IMG/VR virus record: IMGVR_UViG_3300028887_000075
Coordinates: 64,001 to 128,000 of that record
Length of the DNA: 64,000 nt
Direction: 5' to 3' (one strand)
Source: a virus
Lineage: Duplodnaviria; Caudoviricetes
Part shown: piece after piece, positions 8,730 to 18,513 of the stretch
Layout: each line of letters begins with the position of its first letter
Numbering within the stretch: the first letter of the stretch is position 1
The notes under the pieces: generated by a model
Databases searched by the model: none
Seen by the model: only the letters and a program-made list of their open reading frames with translations
What the model was told of the DNA's origin: nothing
Translations under genes and position numbers: made by a program

Positions 8730-9542
8730 ATGCAGAAGTTCCTCGTAGGACCCGGGATAGGCGGGGCACGTATTACATGGAAGGGAGTCAAAACCCTAGT
8801 GTACAAGTTCGGAATGGGGCTTGACCCTCTCTATGGATACAGACTGGGAGACCTGTTCGAGTCATTCGGCCGGATAGGGATAAACGACATTTTCAGCCCG
8901 CTTCTGTCCGCCTGGTGGCAGCGTTATTACTCATGTAACACCGACGCCAACTTTGAAGAACTCGAGGATGACGACTCGGTACATCTCGGGTATGGGGACG
9001 ATGAACTCCGGGAGAGACTGATTCCGTTCATAGAGGCAATGCAGGGAGACTTCGCCGATTTCGACGAGGCTAACGACGATAACCAGCTCCGCGTGGTCGA
9101 GGTGCCAGAAGGCTACCAGTGCATTGTCGTGGAGGACCCGGAGATGGGCTGCGAGACCGTACAGGAAGTCTCCCGCATGTGGCCGGTCCCCCCTGACGAC
9201 GAATGGAGAGCTATACTTGCAGTCCGCAAGTTCTGCCATGATGCCGAGGTGCACCCGGACGCAAAGATAGAGGATGGGATACCGTATCCATGCGTAGGCG
9301 TTACCATGATGTTCCTGGGAGAATACGGGGTGGCCAGGTTATCCAACGGGGACTACATGTTTCTGAAGAAGAACACCTACTACAAGGCAACCGATGACCA
9401 CGGAAAGGAATGCTTCGATATTGTCGGCGATAGGCCAAACAAGTTCATCACGGAAAGGCCGGTCAAGGACGGAAAGGCAGTTCTGGCCTATGCAGAACTG
9501 GTGAATTTGATGGAGAAACACAAGAATGATATTCAGCCTTAG
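8730..9542 (+). CDS. Hypothetical protein
   Basis: Coupled ORF, 270 aa. Confidence 0.65.
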   Translation: MQKFLVGPGIGGARITWKGVKTLVYKFGMGLDPLYGYRLGDLFESFGRIGINDIFSPLLSAWWQRYYSCNTDANFEELEDDDSVHLGYGDDELRERLIPFIEAMQGDFADFDEANDDNQLRVVEVPEGYQCIVVEDPEMGCETVQEVSRMWPVPPDDEWRAILAVRKFCHDAEVHPDAKIEDGIPYPCVGVTMMFLGEYGVARLSNGDYMFLKKNTYYKATDDHGKECFDIVGDRPNKFITERPVKDGKAVLAYAELVNLMEKHKNDIQP

Positions 9543-9966
9543 GAACTACTGTGACCTCGGCCGGTGTTCCCTTGGTACGCTCCGTGACCACTGGGACACC
9601 GAGAAGGACGAAATCTACCTACAGGGAAAGAAAGTCGAAATCAACCGGATAGAGGACTTGTTCCCCTTCCTGTGGCAGCCGGCAGGTTCCTGGTGCCGCG
9701 ACGGCGACAGCACAGTCTCCAACTTCGGCAGTGAGGGCACCCACTGGCACCATGACTACGACAAATCCGTGGAGAGTTGCGAGAGAAATGCCAGGAAGTA
9801 CCGGAATAAGATGGAGAAGGCAACTACAGACAGTGCCAGAGAGAAATACCGGGTGCGGTTGGAATCCGAACTGGAACATGCCGGGGCGCTCCGTAAGATG
9901 ATGGATAGGCTGGATATAGAGCTGAAGGCGCAACAGGATGCATTGATTGCCGAGAATTCCAAATGA
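9526..9966 (+). CDS. Hypothetical protein
   Basis: Overlapping coupled ORF ending at a terminator. Confidence 0.65.
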   Translation: MIFSLRNYCDLGRCSLGTLRDHWDTEKDEIYLQGKKVEINRIEDLFPFLWQPAGSWCRDGDSTVSNFGSEGTHWHHDYDKSVESCERNARKYRNKMEKATTDSAREKYRVRLESELEHAGALRKMMDRLDIELKAQQDALIAENSK

Positions 9967-9968
9967 GA

Positions 9969-9989
9969 AAGGCGGGTGATGCCCGCCTT
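9969..9989. terminator. Hairpin between convergent genes, probable bidirectional terminator
   Basis: AAGGCGGG-tgatg-CCCGCCTT perfect 8-bp stem. Confidence 0.7.
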
Positions 9990-9992
9990 CTT

Positions 9993-10223
9993 CTATTTCC
10001 TGGCCTTGATTTCCTTGTTGTGCCCGTTGATGTCGAGCATCTTCCTGTCGAAAAGGAAGACCCTAACGAACTTGTTTCCTGTATAGTCGGTCATCCACTG
10101 CCAGGTCTTTGCGTCCTCGATGACCTGGACGTAGCAGAAGTTCGGATAACAGATATCGAACACTAGTGGCTTTGCCGGTACTAATGCAGCGATGAACAGG
10201 ATAATGAACAGGAATTTCTTCAT
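9993..10223 (-). CDS. Small secreted hypothetical protein
   Basis: MKKFLFIILFIAALVPA signal peptide. Confidence 0.6.
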   Translation of the reverse strand: MKKFLFIILFIAALVPAKPLVFDICYPNFCYVQVIEDAKTWQWMTDYTGNKFVRVFLFDRKMLDINGHNKEIKARK

Positions 10224-10774
10224 TGTATGTCTCCGTTTGTTTCAAGAATTGCGTTGTAGCCGGAAATGAGGGCATCCCCCAGTGACTCCGCCTTTGCATG
10301 CTTGTAGTATTCCATCTGCTTCAGGTGTTCCTCGGCCTTCTCCTTGGACTTGTGTGACGAGAGAATCTTTCCGGTCTTGCAGGAAACGATTGTCCACGGG
10401 GCGGATTCTCCCTTCGAGTTCTTGTGTCCCTTCTTGTAAACTACCATCTCCACCAGGGGCCTCCCGGTGACTTCCGCGGCTTCGTCCATCGGACGCCCAC
10501 GGTTGATGCGGGCTGCATGCATGATGTCCTCGCAGGAGTATGCGTCATCGAACACGTGGATGCCGTAATACATGGCAATCTGCTTCATCAGGACGCAGCG
10601 CATCATGGGGTCTCCGGATAGCGCCTGCTGCACTATGTTGGCGTCCTGATTTGCTCGGATATAGTTGTCCACCTGTGTACGGTCGAGAGCCGACTGGTCG
10701 ACAATCCAGTCTACTGTCGGGGATATCGGATGGCTAGGAGTCATCATGTCCTGGAACCACTGAAATCTTGTCAT
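10220..10774 (-). CDS. Hypothetical protein, candidate late/virion-internal
   Basis: ATAAACT on the minus strand at 10801-10807; carries DALISGYNAILE motif shared with other ATAAACT genes. Confidence 0.65.
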   Translation of the reverse strand: MTRFQWFQDMMTPSHPISPTVDWIVDQSALDRTQVDNYIRANQDANIVQQALSGDPMMRCVLMKQIAMYYGIHVFDDAYSCEDIMHAARINRGRPMDEAAEVTGRPLVEMVVYKKGHKNSKGESAPWTIVSCKTGKILSSHKSKEKAEEHLKQMEYYKHAKAESLGDALISGYNAILETNGDIQ

Positions 10775-10811
10775 ATTTTTGTCTCTTTTTTAACTTCAAT
10801 AGTTTATATTT

Positions 10812-10823
10812 TTGCTATATTTG
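10812..10823 (+). promoter_or_regulatory. TTGCTATATTTG promoter motif, 4 nt upstream of ATG 10828
   Basis: Exact motif + AGGC + ATG. Confidence 0.75.
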
Positions 10824-10827
10824 AGGC

Positions 10828-11130
10828 ATGCGAATCTATGACCTTTACCGAGAGGAATTCTACCGTGGACTGAAGCTCCGGCACCAGCTGATGTTCCTCT
10901 CGCTGGCAACGTTCGCCTTTGCCATGCTGCTACTTGTGATTGCCACAGTACTGGGCCTGGTAATATGGTCAATCGTGGCCGTGGTCAACATATTTGAGAA
11001 CCTATTGGCAACGTGCTTCCTGTGGGCCGGGCTGCTGTCCATAGAAGTACCGTTGCTGTTCATGTTGTGCAAAGGGCTGAACAGGTTGATGTTCGCCGAG
11101 TTCTTCACAGGCAGGAAAGAAAGATGCTAG
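10828..11130 (+). CDS. Membrane protein
   Basis: Two long hydrophobic segments. Confidence 0.65.
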   Translation: MRIYDLYREEFYRGLKLRHQLMFLSLATFAFAMLLLVIATVLGLVIWSIVAVVNIFENLLATCFLWAGLLSIEVPLLFMLCKGLNRLMFAEFFTGRKERC

Positions 11131-11699
11131 ACATACCACTAATCGTGTTCGAGGGAATCGACCACTCGGGCAAGACGACGATTTCCAAGAAACTGGCCGA
11201 GCGATACACCGAATTCAAGTGGAGCAAGGAACCCGTATTCCCGAGCTCGATGGCAGACCGGCTCAACTCTGACGAGTTCAGGGACAAGCCGGCCAAGCGA
11301 GAGGTGCTGTTCCTGAAGGGAAGGCTCGCCAAGCAGTCACTCTACCGGAGCACCCCGGTAATCCTCGACAGGTATCTCTGGAGCGGGCTTGCGTACGCCA
11401 AGGCGTTCTCCCCGGAAATCTACCCGTTCGTCCAGGAACTCTACCAGGAGTACGACATATTCAAGAAGCCGACAATCACCTTCTTCATGAGCACCCCAGT
11501 GCAGACCTGCTTCGACCGGAAGGAGCCGGAGTCCACCGAGACGATGGAGAGGCTGACCTCACTGATGCAGGCCTATATTGACACCGAGCAGTACGTGAAC
11601 ACCCCGATTGTCCTCGTTGACGGCAAGCGGAGCATCGACGAGTGCGTCGCCCAGTGCGAGGAAGAACTCAAGAAATACTGCCCGAAGTACTTCATCTAG
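11124..11699 (+). CDS. tmk: Thymidylate (dNMP) kinase
   Basis: IVFEGIDHSGKTT P-loop, KEP, ILDRYLWSGLAY, KP. Confidence 0.88.
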   Translation: MLDIPLIVFEGIDHSGKTTISKKLAERYTEFKWSKEPVFPSSMADRLNSDEFRDKPAKREVLFLKGRLAKQSLYRSTPVILDRYLWSGLAYAKAFSPEIYPFVQELYQEYDIFKKPTITFFMSTPVQTCFDRKEPESTETMERLTSLMQAYIDTEQYVNTPIVLVDGKRSIDECVAQCEEELKKYCPKYFI

Positions 11700-11708
11700 G
11701 AGCAATAA

Positions 11709-11891
11709 ATGAACGTGATGATTATAGCCCTGGTACTGTTCACTACCGCGATGTTCGTCCTGTTCCTGATGGGCAGGCGATGCAAGCACGAGTGGCAGAA
11801 CATCCACCACATGGAGAAGGACGGGAAGTGCACCTATATCCAGCAGTGCAAGAAGTGCGGGAAGCTGAGGAAGGAAGAATTCGATGATTGA
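11709..11891 (+). CDS. Small membrane-anchored Cys/His protein
   Basis: N-terminal TM segment, CKHEW...CKKCGK. Confidence 0.6.
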   Translation: MNVMIIALVLFTTAMFVLFLMGRRCKHEWQNIHHMEKDGKCTYIQQCKKCGKLRKEEFDD

Positions 11892-12393
11892 CGTTACCGA
11901 CAAATATGCGTTCTTCTACACTGAATGGCCTTCCAACTTCAAGCAGTGCCGCTTCGAGTACACCAGCATGTTCACCGGCGAAACCCGGGAATTCTTCTGT
12001 ACGGAACAGGCTTTCATGTGGGAGAAGGCCAACAAGTTCGGGGATTTCGACACCGCCGAGAAGATTATGCGGGCGGAAACTCCGATGACCGCCAAGGAAC
12101 TTGGACGTATAGTCAAGCCGTTCAGAACCGAAGACTGGGAACAGGTCAGATACGATGTCATGTACCGGGTAAACCTCGAGAAGTACCGGCAGAACGCCGA
12201 ATTGAGAGAAAAGCTTCTTGACCCCAGGTTCGACGGGAAGACCTTCGTCGAGGCAAGCCCGTACGATTCCATATGGGGTATCTGTCTTCCGAAGGGTTGC
12301 GACGAGCTTAATGATGAACAGAACTGGAAAGGAAGAAATTTGCTAGGGAAGGTAATTACTGATGTTAGAAACAAACTTAAAGATGAATCCTAA
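11884..12393 (+). CDS. NADAR (YbiA-like) family protein
   Basis: TEQAFMWEKA.KFGD, AKELGR, EASPYDSIWG, GRNLLG..I..VR. Confidence 0.88.
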   Translation: MIDVTDKYAFFYTEWPSNFKQCRFEYTSMFTGETREFFCTEQAFMWEKANKFGDFDTAEKIMRAETPMTAKELGRIVKPFRTEDWEQVRYDVMYRVNLEKYRQNAELREKLLDPRFDGKTFVEASPYDSIWGICLPKGCDELNDEQNWKGRNLLGKVITDVRNKLKDES

Positions 12394-13543
12394 GGCAAAG
12401 CCGGAATTCGACTATCTTATGGTAGGCGCCGGGCTGTTCAACGCTGTACTGACCGCTAAGTTCGTGGCAGCAGGCAAGAAGGTGCTCGTCGTCGAGCGCC
12501 GCAAGGTCGTAGGCGGAAACTGCTACACTTATGACGATGACGGTATAACAGTCCACAAGTACGGGGCCCACATATTCCACACCTCCAACCGGGACGTATG
12601 GGATTTCGCCAACAAGTATGCCGATTTCCACCCGTTCGTCAACTCGCCAATCGCGATGGTCGATACCCCGAATGGAACCCAGGCATGGAACCTCCCGTTC
12701 AACATGAACACCCTTACCCGCTTCGACCCGGCTTGCCTTACACCTGCAGATGCCGAGCACCTGCTGGCTGAACTGCGTGCCCCTTTCTACAAGGACCACT
12801 ACGATAACCTCGAGGAGAAGGCCCTGTCGATGGTCGGGCTCGGAATATACGACATGTTCATCAGGGGATATACCGAGAAGCAGTGGGGAAAGCCATGCGA
12901 CGAGCTTCCCCCGGAAATCATCACGAGAATCCCGGTGCGCACCACGTATGACAACAACTACTTCAACGACGACTACCAGGGGATTCCGGTAGGGGGATAC
13001 ACCAGGTGGATTATCAACATGCTGGCCGGGTCTACCGTCCTGACAGGCATGGACTATCTTTCCAACCGGGAGAAGCTGGATTCTTCCGCCCGCATAGTGT
13101 TCTATTCCGGCCGTCCCGACGAGCTGTTCGACTACAAGCTGGGCGAGCTTGAATACCGTGGGCTCCGGTTCGAGACCGAAGATTGCCCCGGGGAGAACTA
13201 CCAGGGAGTCGCCGTGGTCAACTATCCTTCCAAGACCGTGCCATATACCAGGAAGATTGAGCACAGGCACTTCATGTCCCGAACGGAGCAGGCCAGCATC
13301 AAGAGGACCCACACTGTAGTATCCACGGAGTATCCGGTGGCCGCAGCGAAGGGAGACGATGCGTTCTACCCGGTAAATACTACGGAGAACAGGGACAGGT
13401 ATCATGAATACGTGGCGATGAAGCCGGCCAACATGGTATTTACCGGGAGACTGGGACTTAACCGTTACAACGACATGGACGACACAATCGCCCAGGCACT
13501 AGACATGGCGGAGATATTTCTAAATGCGAAAGAAACCAAGTAA
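12383..13543 (+). CDS. glf: UDP-galactopyranose mutase
   Basis: VGAGL, GGNCY, HKYGAHIFHT, YTEKQWG, YFNDDYQGIP, LEYR, YPVN, GRLG..RY.DMD. Confidence 0.92.
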   Translation: MNPKAKPEFDYLMVGAGLFNAVLTAKFVAAGKKVLVVERRKVVGGNCYTYDDDGITVHKYGAHIFHTSNRDVWDFANKYADFHPFVNSPIAMVDTPNGTQAWNLPFNMNTLTRFDPACLTPADAEHLLAELRAPFYKDHYDNLEEKALSMVGLGIYDMFIRGYTEKQWGKPCDELPPEIITRIPVRTTYDNNYFNDDYQGIPVGGYTRWIINMLAGSTVLTGMDYLSNREKLDSSARIVFYSGRPDELFDYKLGELEYRGLRFETEDCPGENYQGVAVVNYPSKTVPYTRKIEHRHFMSRTEQASIKRTHTVVSTEYPVAAAKGDDAFYPVNTTENRDRYHEYVAMKPANMVFTGRLGLNRYNDMDDTIAQALDMAEIFLNAKETK

Positions 13544-13844
13544 ACCGAATTACGAGGTCGGCATCTACCTTGCCGGCTCGAAAGCGTTCATGCCCCTCTA
13601 CCAGTGCATGTGCCTGGTCGAGGCGATAAACGCGACCACCAAGATGAAGGCGGCCCTCCCGGTGCTCCCGGCGAAGATGGCCAAGATTGGATGGCAGAAG
13701 TGCGACAACTACGACCCGGACTGCGGCGTGTGGCGTGCCAGGAAAATCATGGAGGCAACCGGGATGGAACAGATGCAGGCTGACGAACTGCAGGATGCCA
13801 TCGACTCCCTCCCAGTATCATTCAAGGAGGAAAGAGATGTTTGA
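13524..13844 (+). CDS. Hypothetical protein
   Basis: Coupled ORF. Confidence 0.6.
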   Translation: MRKKPSKPNYEVGIYLAGSKAFMPLYQCMCLVEAINATTKMKAALPVLPAKMAKIGWQKCDNYDPDCGVWRARKIMEATGMEQMQADELQDAIDSLPVSFKEERDV

Positions 13845-14097
13845 TGTGAAGGATAGTGCACAGATGGGCACTTACCGAGTGAAGTTCCGTGTCAACGGTA
13901 GAAGCTACTACGCCGGGGAATACCAGGCGAGGTCGGTGGAGGCAGGAAAGCCGAAGGCCATGGAGCTTCTCAGCAGGAGGCGCCTGAGGACACTGGACGG
14001 GGCGGAGATAGAGAATGCCGGAGGCCAGGCGGTTGCCCTGCTCCGCATGGACGCGTTCCGCGCCGGAAGGATTGAGTTCATTACAGTGAGGTCATAG
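13837..14097 (+). CDS. Hypothetical protein
   Basis: ATG 13837 after AGGAGG RBS. Confidence 0.6.
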   Translation: MFDVKDSAQMGTYRVKFRVNGRSYYAGEYQARSVEAGKPKAMELLSRRRLRTLDGAEIENAGGQAVALLRMDAFRAGRIEFITVRS

Positions 14098-14228
14098 AAT
14101 GATGTTCTACGTGGAAATCAAGAACGACAAGGGTGAATACGAGCCGGTAGGCATGATGCCCCTGGACAAGGCGCTAGAGTACTCTTGGACACACCAGCAC
14201 CGCGCCGTGCACCTGCAGAAGGTAGCCG

Positions 14229-14663
14229 ATGGCAAGGAAAAAGACTGACCCCCATGTAGATATCGACTGGAACCGCTGGCACGGCATAGTCATGGAGAGC
14301 GTACTGGCGTTCTCGTTGGACGCGACACTGTACCTGTGCAACACGCTCGGCATACGCCACTTCTCCAAGGACGAATGCGGTGAGCACGAGATGGTTACTG
14401 CGGAGACCCTGCAGAGGGAAATGTTCAGCATAGCCGAGGAGATGCTGAGAATACACCTGGGTGGCAACATGGACCTTCCCCGGCGTACAGCCAGCGACCG
14501 CAACGTGTTCTTCGACGAGGCGGGCACCCTCACCACCCAGCTGGAGCTGTGGACGGACTCTACGAGCCGGCTTAGCATCCCGTACGTCGAGTTCAAGCTG
14601 TATACTGAACCGGGTAACGAGGTTCTGGCAATCAATTTCATACTGACGGGACAGATATTCTAA
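14229..14663 (+). CDS. Hypothetical protein
   Basis: ORF in co-oriented run. Confidence 0.6.
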   Translation: MARKKTDPHVDIDWNRWHGIVMESVLAFSLDATLYLCNTLGIRHFSKDECGEHEMVTAETLQREMFSIAEEMLRIHLGGNMDLPRRTASDRNVFFDEAGTLTTQLELWTDSTSRLSIPYVEFKLYTEPGNEVLAINFILTGQIF

Positions 14664-14717
14664 TGTTCGCCGTCCTCGCATTCGTCGCCATCGTAGTCAC
14701 TATAGAAATCGTCCGTC

Positions 14718-14924
14718 ATGTCGGATAAGGATAAAAATATGGAAAGGACCCACAACAAATGGATTGCGTTCATGCTGTGTTTCTTCGGGGGATTCCTCGG
14801 ACTGCACAGGTTCTACGAGGGAAAAGTCGCCACCGGTATCATCTGGCTGTTAACCGCAGGCTTCTTCGGAGTCGGCTGGATTATCGACCTCATTCTCATC
14901 GTGATGAAGCCAGAAACATACTAA
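14718..14924 (+). CDS. TM2 domain membrane protein
   Basis: [23 protein letters not shown]...GW.IDLI TM2 signature. Confidence 0.85.
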   Translation: MSDKDKNMERTHNKWIAFMLCFFGGFLGLHRFYEGKVATGIIWLLTAGFFGVGWIIDLILIVMKPETY

Positions 14925-14928
14925 AAAA

Positions 14929-14940
14929 TTGCTATATTTG
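14929..14940 (+). promoter_or_regulatory. TTGCTATATTTG promoter motif
   Basis: Exact motif upstream of AAGGAG RBS and ATG 14970. Confidence 0.7.
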
Positions 14941-14969
14941 TGGAAACGAAATCACACAAGGAGTTTAAG

Positions 14970-15140
14970 ATGAAGTTCCCAAAAATCAAGTTCCCGAAAA
15001 TCAAGTTCGCCAAGCCCAAGTTCAATGTGGACAACGTCCTCAAGTGGGCCCAGTACGGAACCTACGCGTACATCGTCGTGCGCATCGTCATCTACCTCGT
15101 CCAGCAGCTCAAGAAGCTCACCTTCAAGAAGAGCGCATAG
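14970..15140 (+). CDS. Small basic membrane protein with KFPKI repeats
   Basis: MKFPKIKFPKIKFAKPKF followed by a TM-like segment. Confidence 0.6.
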   Translation: MKFPKIKFPKIKFAKPKFNVDNVLKWAQYGTYAYIVVRIVIYLVQQLKKLTFKKSA

Positions 15141-15143
15141 CGG

Positions 15144-16946
15144 ATGGCGGCTGAGATTACATTCCCTCCCAAGATGCGGTGGTCGGCCGAACAGCCGGAA
15201 GACCCGGAGAAATCCAAGTCCGCCACAGGTGTATTCCAGCCGCAGTTCATCGAGGCCCTGCGTACTCTGACAAGCAGCATCCCGGGGCTGCACGTTGAGG
15301 CCAAGCACAGCACCTTCCGGGAAGCCCTGGTGGACAACGAGGACTTCCGGAAGAACCTCATGCAGTTCCTGCTGATTGCCACTTCCACGGTATCCGAGAT
15401 TACGGACAAGGACAGGCACCCGGTAATCCACGGTGCATCCACGTTCATCAGGAACGTGATTGCACTGAACAACATCTACGGGCAGCTGAAGGAGAAGTTC
15501 GTCGTTACCGGAGGCACCAATCTCGACAACTGGAAGGATATGGTGGAGTCGGTATCTCCCGGCAAGCCCCTGGTAGGCCGCTACGTGCCTCCCGGACTTT
15601 CCGGCCACGACGTGTTCCTCGAGACCGTCGGCATCGAGCAGGTAGTGGGCGAGACCCTGTACAAGCTGTACGAACTCGGCACGAAGGGAGGAACGATAGA
15701 CGTCGAGCACGGGTACATGATGAACCGCTGGAAGATAACCAGCGAGTACCTGTATGCCCCCAAGGTGAGGGAGGCCAGCAGGGACGGGGAGGTCACCGGG
15801 GTGTACCTGGATGACGACCCTAACAAGATGTACTGGCTGCAGGTTATATGCGTCAAGGTATATACCGACTGGGTCAACCCGTTCACCAAGGAAATTGACG
15901 CGCCGAAGGAGTACAGGTTCATCCTGCACTGCGGACAGCACAAGCCCACCAACATGCGGGACGACAGGACAATCCCGTCTCTGTTCATGACGGTACTAGG
16001 CATGTGCCGGGAGACCAAGGATTATCCGTTTATCAATGTCAGTGCGGACGAGCTGAAGAAGAGCGTGATATCCATGCTAGGCAACATGATGAAGACCCTG
16101 TTCAGCGTGTTCAGGTTCAACGCGTTCAAGCCGGAGAAGCAGAGGCTGCTGGTAGCGCTGACCTCGGTGCATGAGATGCCGAGGCCCCTGAAGTACTCCG
16201 GGCCGGACTCCGTACACCTCATGAACGACTACGAGCATATCCGGGAAGGAATAAAGAACTGCATCGAGAAGGGAAAGCCGAGGGGCTACGCCTTCGTCGG
16301 CTACCCGGGAACCGGGAAGACCATCATGATGGAGCAGCTCACCAACGAGTTCCTGGATGTGCCGGTGGTGTACTTCACCATCGCGGGACTGATGCAGGTA
16401 GGCGGCGGACCGGAAGGGGATAGCATGTCGTGCATAATGGAGACCCTATCGGGGCTGAAGGGTGCAGGCTACAAGTGCGTATTCCTGTGCTGCGACGACC
16501 TGGATGCGGTCGAGCTTTCCGAGAAGAATGCCAACGTTACTCGGCTAATCAACCTGCTGGACCAGCTCCGCATGGACTGCATGCCGACCGTCATATTCAT
16601 GTGCACGGTCAACGACCCAACGTCCCTGCACGGGACAATCATCAGGCGCGGCTGCCGCATTGACGAGGTCGTTGAGGTGGGACTGCCTTCAGTCGAGTCG
16701 CTGGGCAGGCTAATCAATGCCTTCCGTGACGATACCGATACCACCGACTACTCAAATGAGCAGTATATTCCTGCCCTGGAGAAGATGGTCGAACTGAAGT
16801 TCAGCTTCGCCGACCTTGCCAACGTCATGAGCAGCATGGTCATCTACTATACCGCCGGAGACACCGGGTACACCCCGGAGCAGCTGGAGGATGCCGTGGT
16901 CAAGGTCGGGGAGAGCCGGGAGAACGCCGGCAAGAACTACGCATAA
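15144..16946 (+). CDS. AAA+ ATPase with long uncharacterised N-terminal region
   Basis: Walker A GYPGTGKT, Walker B LCCDDLD, sensor TVN, Arg finger RRGCRID. Confidence 0.8.
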   Translation: MAAEITFPPKMRWSAEQPEDPEKSKSATGVFQPQFIEALRTLTSSIPGLHVEAKHSTFREALVDNEDFRKNLMQFLLIATSTVSEITDKDRHPVIHGASTFIRNVIALNNIYGQLKEKFVVTGGTNLDNWKDMVESVSPGKPLVGRYVPPGLSGHDVFLETVGIEQVVGETLYKLYELGTKGGTIDVEHGYMMNRWKITSEYLYAPKVREASRDGEVTGVYLDDDPNKMYWLQVICVKVYTDWVNPFTKEIDAPKEYRFILHCGQHKPTNMRDDRTIPSLFMTVLGMCRETKDYPFINVSADELKKSVISMLGNMMKTLFSVFRFNAFKPEKQRLLVALTSVHEMPRPLKYSGPDSVHLMNDYEHIREGIKNCIEKGKPRGYAFVGYPGTGKTIMMEQLTNEFLDVPVVYFTIAGLMQVGGGPEGDSMSCIMETLSGLKGAGYKCVFLCCDDLDAVELSEKNANVTRLINLLDQLRMDCMPTVIFMCTVNDPTSLHGTIIRRGCRIDEVVEVGLPSVESLGRLINAFRDDTDTTDYSNEQYIPALEKMVELKFSFADLANVMSSMVIYYTAGDTGYTPEQLEDAVVKVGESRENAGKNYA

Positions 16947-17098
16947 ACTAACCGGTATGGACCGGGAAGAATTCTGCGTTATATACATTGACGGAACCGG
17001 GAAGACCGGTTCCGTTGTCGTATCGTACGAGTCCTATGACATCATAGGTATCACGCGGGAAGTCCACCGGCTGCTACCGGGAACTGACGTTAGGTGCA

Positions 17099-17554
17099 TT
17101 ATCCCCAGGAAACGGTAATCTCGCCTTCCATGCTCATCCGCTGGTACTCAATCATTCGCTTGGTCTGTGCATCGAGCGAGATGTCCAGGATGGACGGGAG
17201 GTCCGGCTTGGTCACGGTAACCTTGAAACCCTTGTCCTCCAGCATCTTCATGGCCTCCTTCTGGGAGTTGTAGAGTTCCTTGGCAAATTCCTCGATGGTC
17301 TTGTTTGTCGGAATCTCGAGCCTGTCCTTGGTGGCGATGAAGAACTGCTCTGTCATCAGCGGCTTCTTGAGCTCGGTTCCTCCCGTAGTCTCCGCGATTG
17401 CCTTCGCCTCCTCTATGATTGCGTTGACCGTGCGTTCCGCCTGGGTCATGGTCTTCGTCTTCCGTGAAATCTCCCGGAGCTCCTCGGCCACTGTAGGCAC
17501 ATGGTGCTTCAGGGTCTTACATTCGTCGAGTTCGTTAGGTCCTGGATTGCACAT
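17099..17554 (-). CDS. Hypothetical protein
   Basis: AGGAG RBS upstream on the minus strand. Confidence 0.65.
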   Translation of the reverse strand: MCNPGPNELDECKTLKHHVPTVAEELREISRKTKTMTQAERTVNAIIEEAKAIAETTGGTELKKPLMTEQFFIATKDRLEIPTNKTIEEFAKELYNSQKEAMKMLEDKGFKVTVTKPDLPSILDISLDAQTKRMIEYQRMSMEGEITVSWG

Positions 17555-17594
17555 AAATGTCTCCTGTTATTTTTCGATTCAAAACTAATATTTT

Positions 17595-17606
17595 TTGCTA
17601 TATTTG
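17595..17606 (+). promoter_or_regulatory. TTGCTATATTTG promoter motif
   Basis: Exact motif upstream of ATG 17630. Confidence 0.7.
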
Positions 17607-17629
17607 CCAATGGAAAACAAGGAAAGAAA

Positions 17630-18382
17630 ATGGCAATCTATACGGAAGATACCGACGTCTACGGATACCTGTTCAGGGATGGGTCGAAGGCCCCGGAATT
17701 CACTACGTATTCAACAATGCTCCAGTCCGACCCTTCGGCCGTCCTGGTTCCCTTCCGGATGCACTCGTGGCGGTTCGAGTCCGCCATAGGGGCGCTCCGC
17801 TCGGGCATCGCCGGTGGCATCATGGTGCAGCCGGCGCTTGCCGCGGAGGCGTACGAGTATGCCGATGCCTATACCGACCTGTCCATGCGCACGAAGCTGG
17901 TCGACACCCTGCTCGTCAACCGAGACACCCGGCAGGTCACCGGGGACTGTGCTGGAGTAGTTGCAATCAGGGCACTTCACGGGAAGGCCATATCTGAGAT
18001 ATCGGAGCCCAGGGTGCTAATCATAGGCGACCAGGCATTCACCCGTATGGCGCTGGTGGCAATAGCCGGGCAGGTGCAGTACGCCATGATTATGACAGAC
18101 GAGGAATGGGGTAGCCAGATTGCCGAGGACCCGATGATTACCCTTGGCATCAAGGTTGACGTCTGTACCTCGGAGGAACTCCAGGACAGGATACACGATA
18201 CCAACTACATAGTGCAGCGGGAGCGTCTGAGGACACCTCCCGGACTCAACGAGGCATACCTCCTGGCATCTACCGTCGGGCTGTTCCGGGAGGTGCCCGA
18301 TGCCCTGGTGGGGAAGACTGCCGAGTCATACATGGATATCTACAGCCTCGAAGAGGCGAGAAAAAAATTCAAGGATATATAA
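17630..18382 (+). CDS. Degenerate shikimate-dehydrogenase (AroE)-like protein
   Basis: GGIMVQP...DTL...GDCAG...RVLIIG order parallels AroE, but catalytic and nucleotide-binding motifs are altered. Confidence 0.45.
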   Translation: MAIYTEDTDVYGYLFRDGSKAPEFTTYSTMLQSDPSAVLVPFRMHSWRFESAIGALRSGIAGGIMVQPALAAEAYEYADAYTDLSMRTKLVDTLLVNRDTRQVTGDCAGVVAIRALHGKAISEISEPRVLIIGDQAFTRMALVAIAGQVQYAMIMTDEEWGSQIAEDPMITLGIKVDVCTSEELQDRIHDTNYIVQRERLRTPPGLNEAYLLASTVGLFREVPDALVGKTAESYMDIYSLEEARKKFKDI

Positions 18383-18513
18383 ACAAACCGCTTGAACGGG
18401 CCAGCCTCTACCCTGCGTACTTGACGAGGGCAAGCCGAACGGGCCCGTTTTTTTTCTTTTTCCGACAAGAAAATGGTATAGTTTCCTTACTGCCGAGAGG
18501 CAAGGAGACCATT

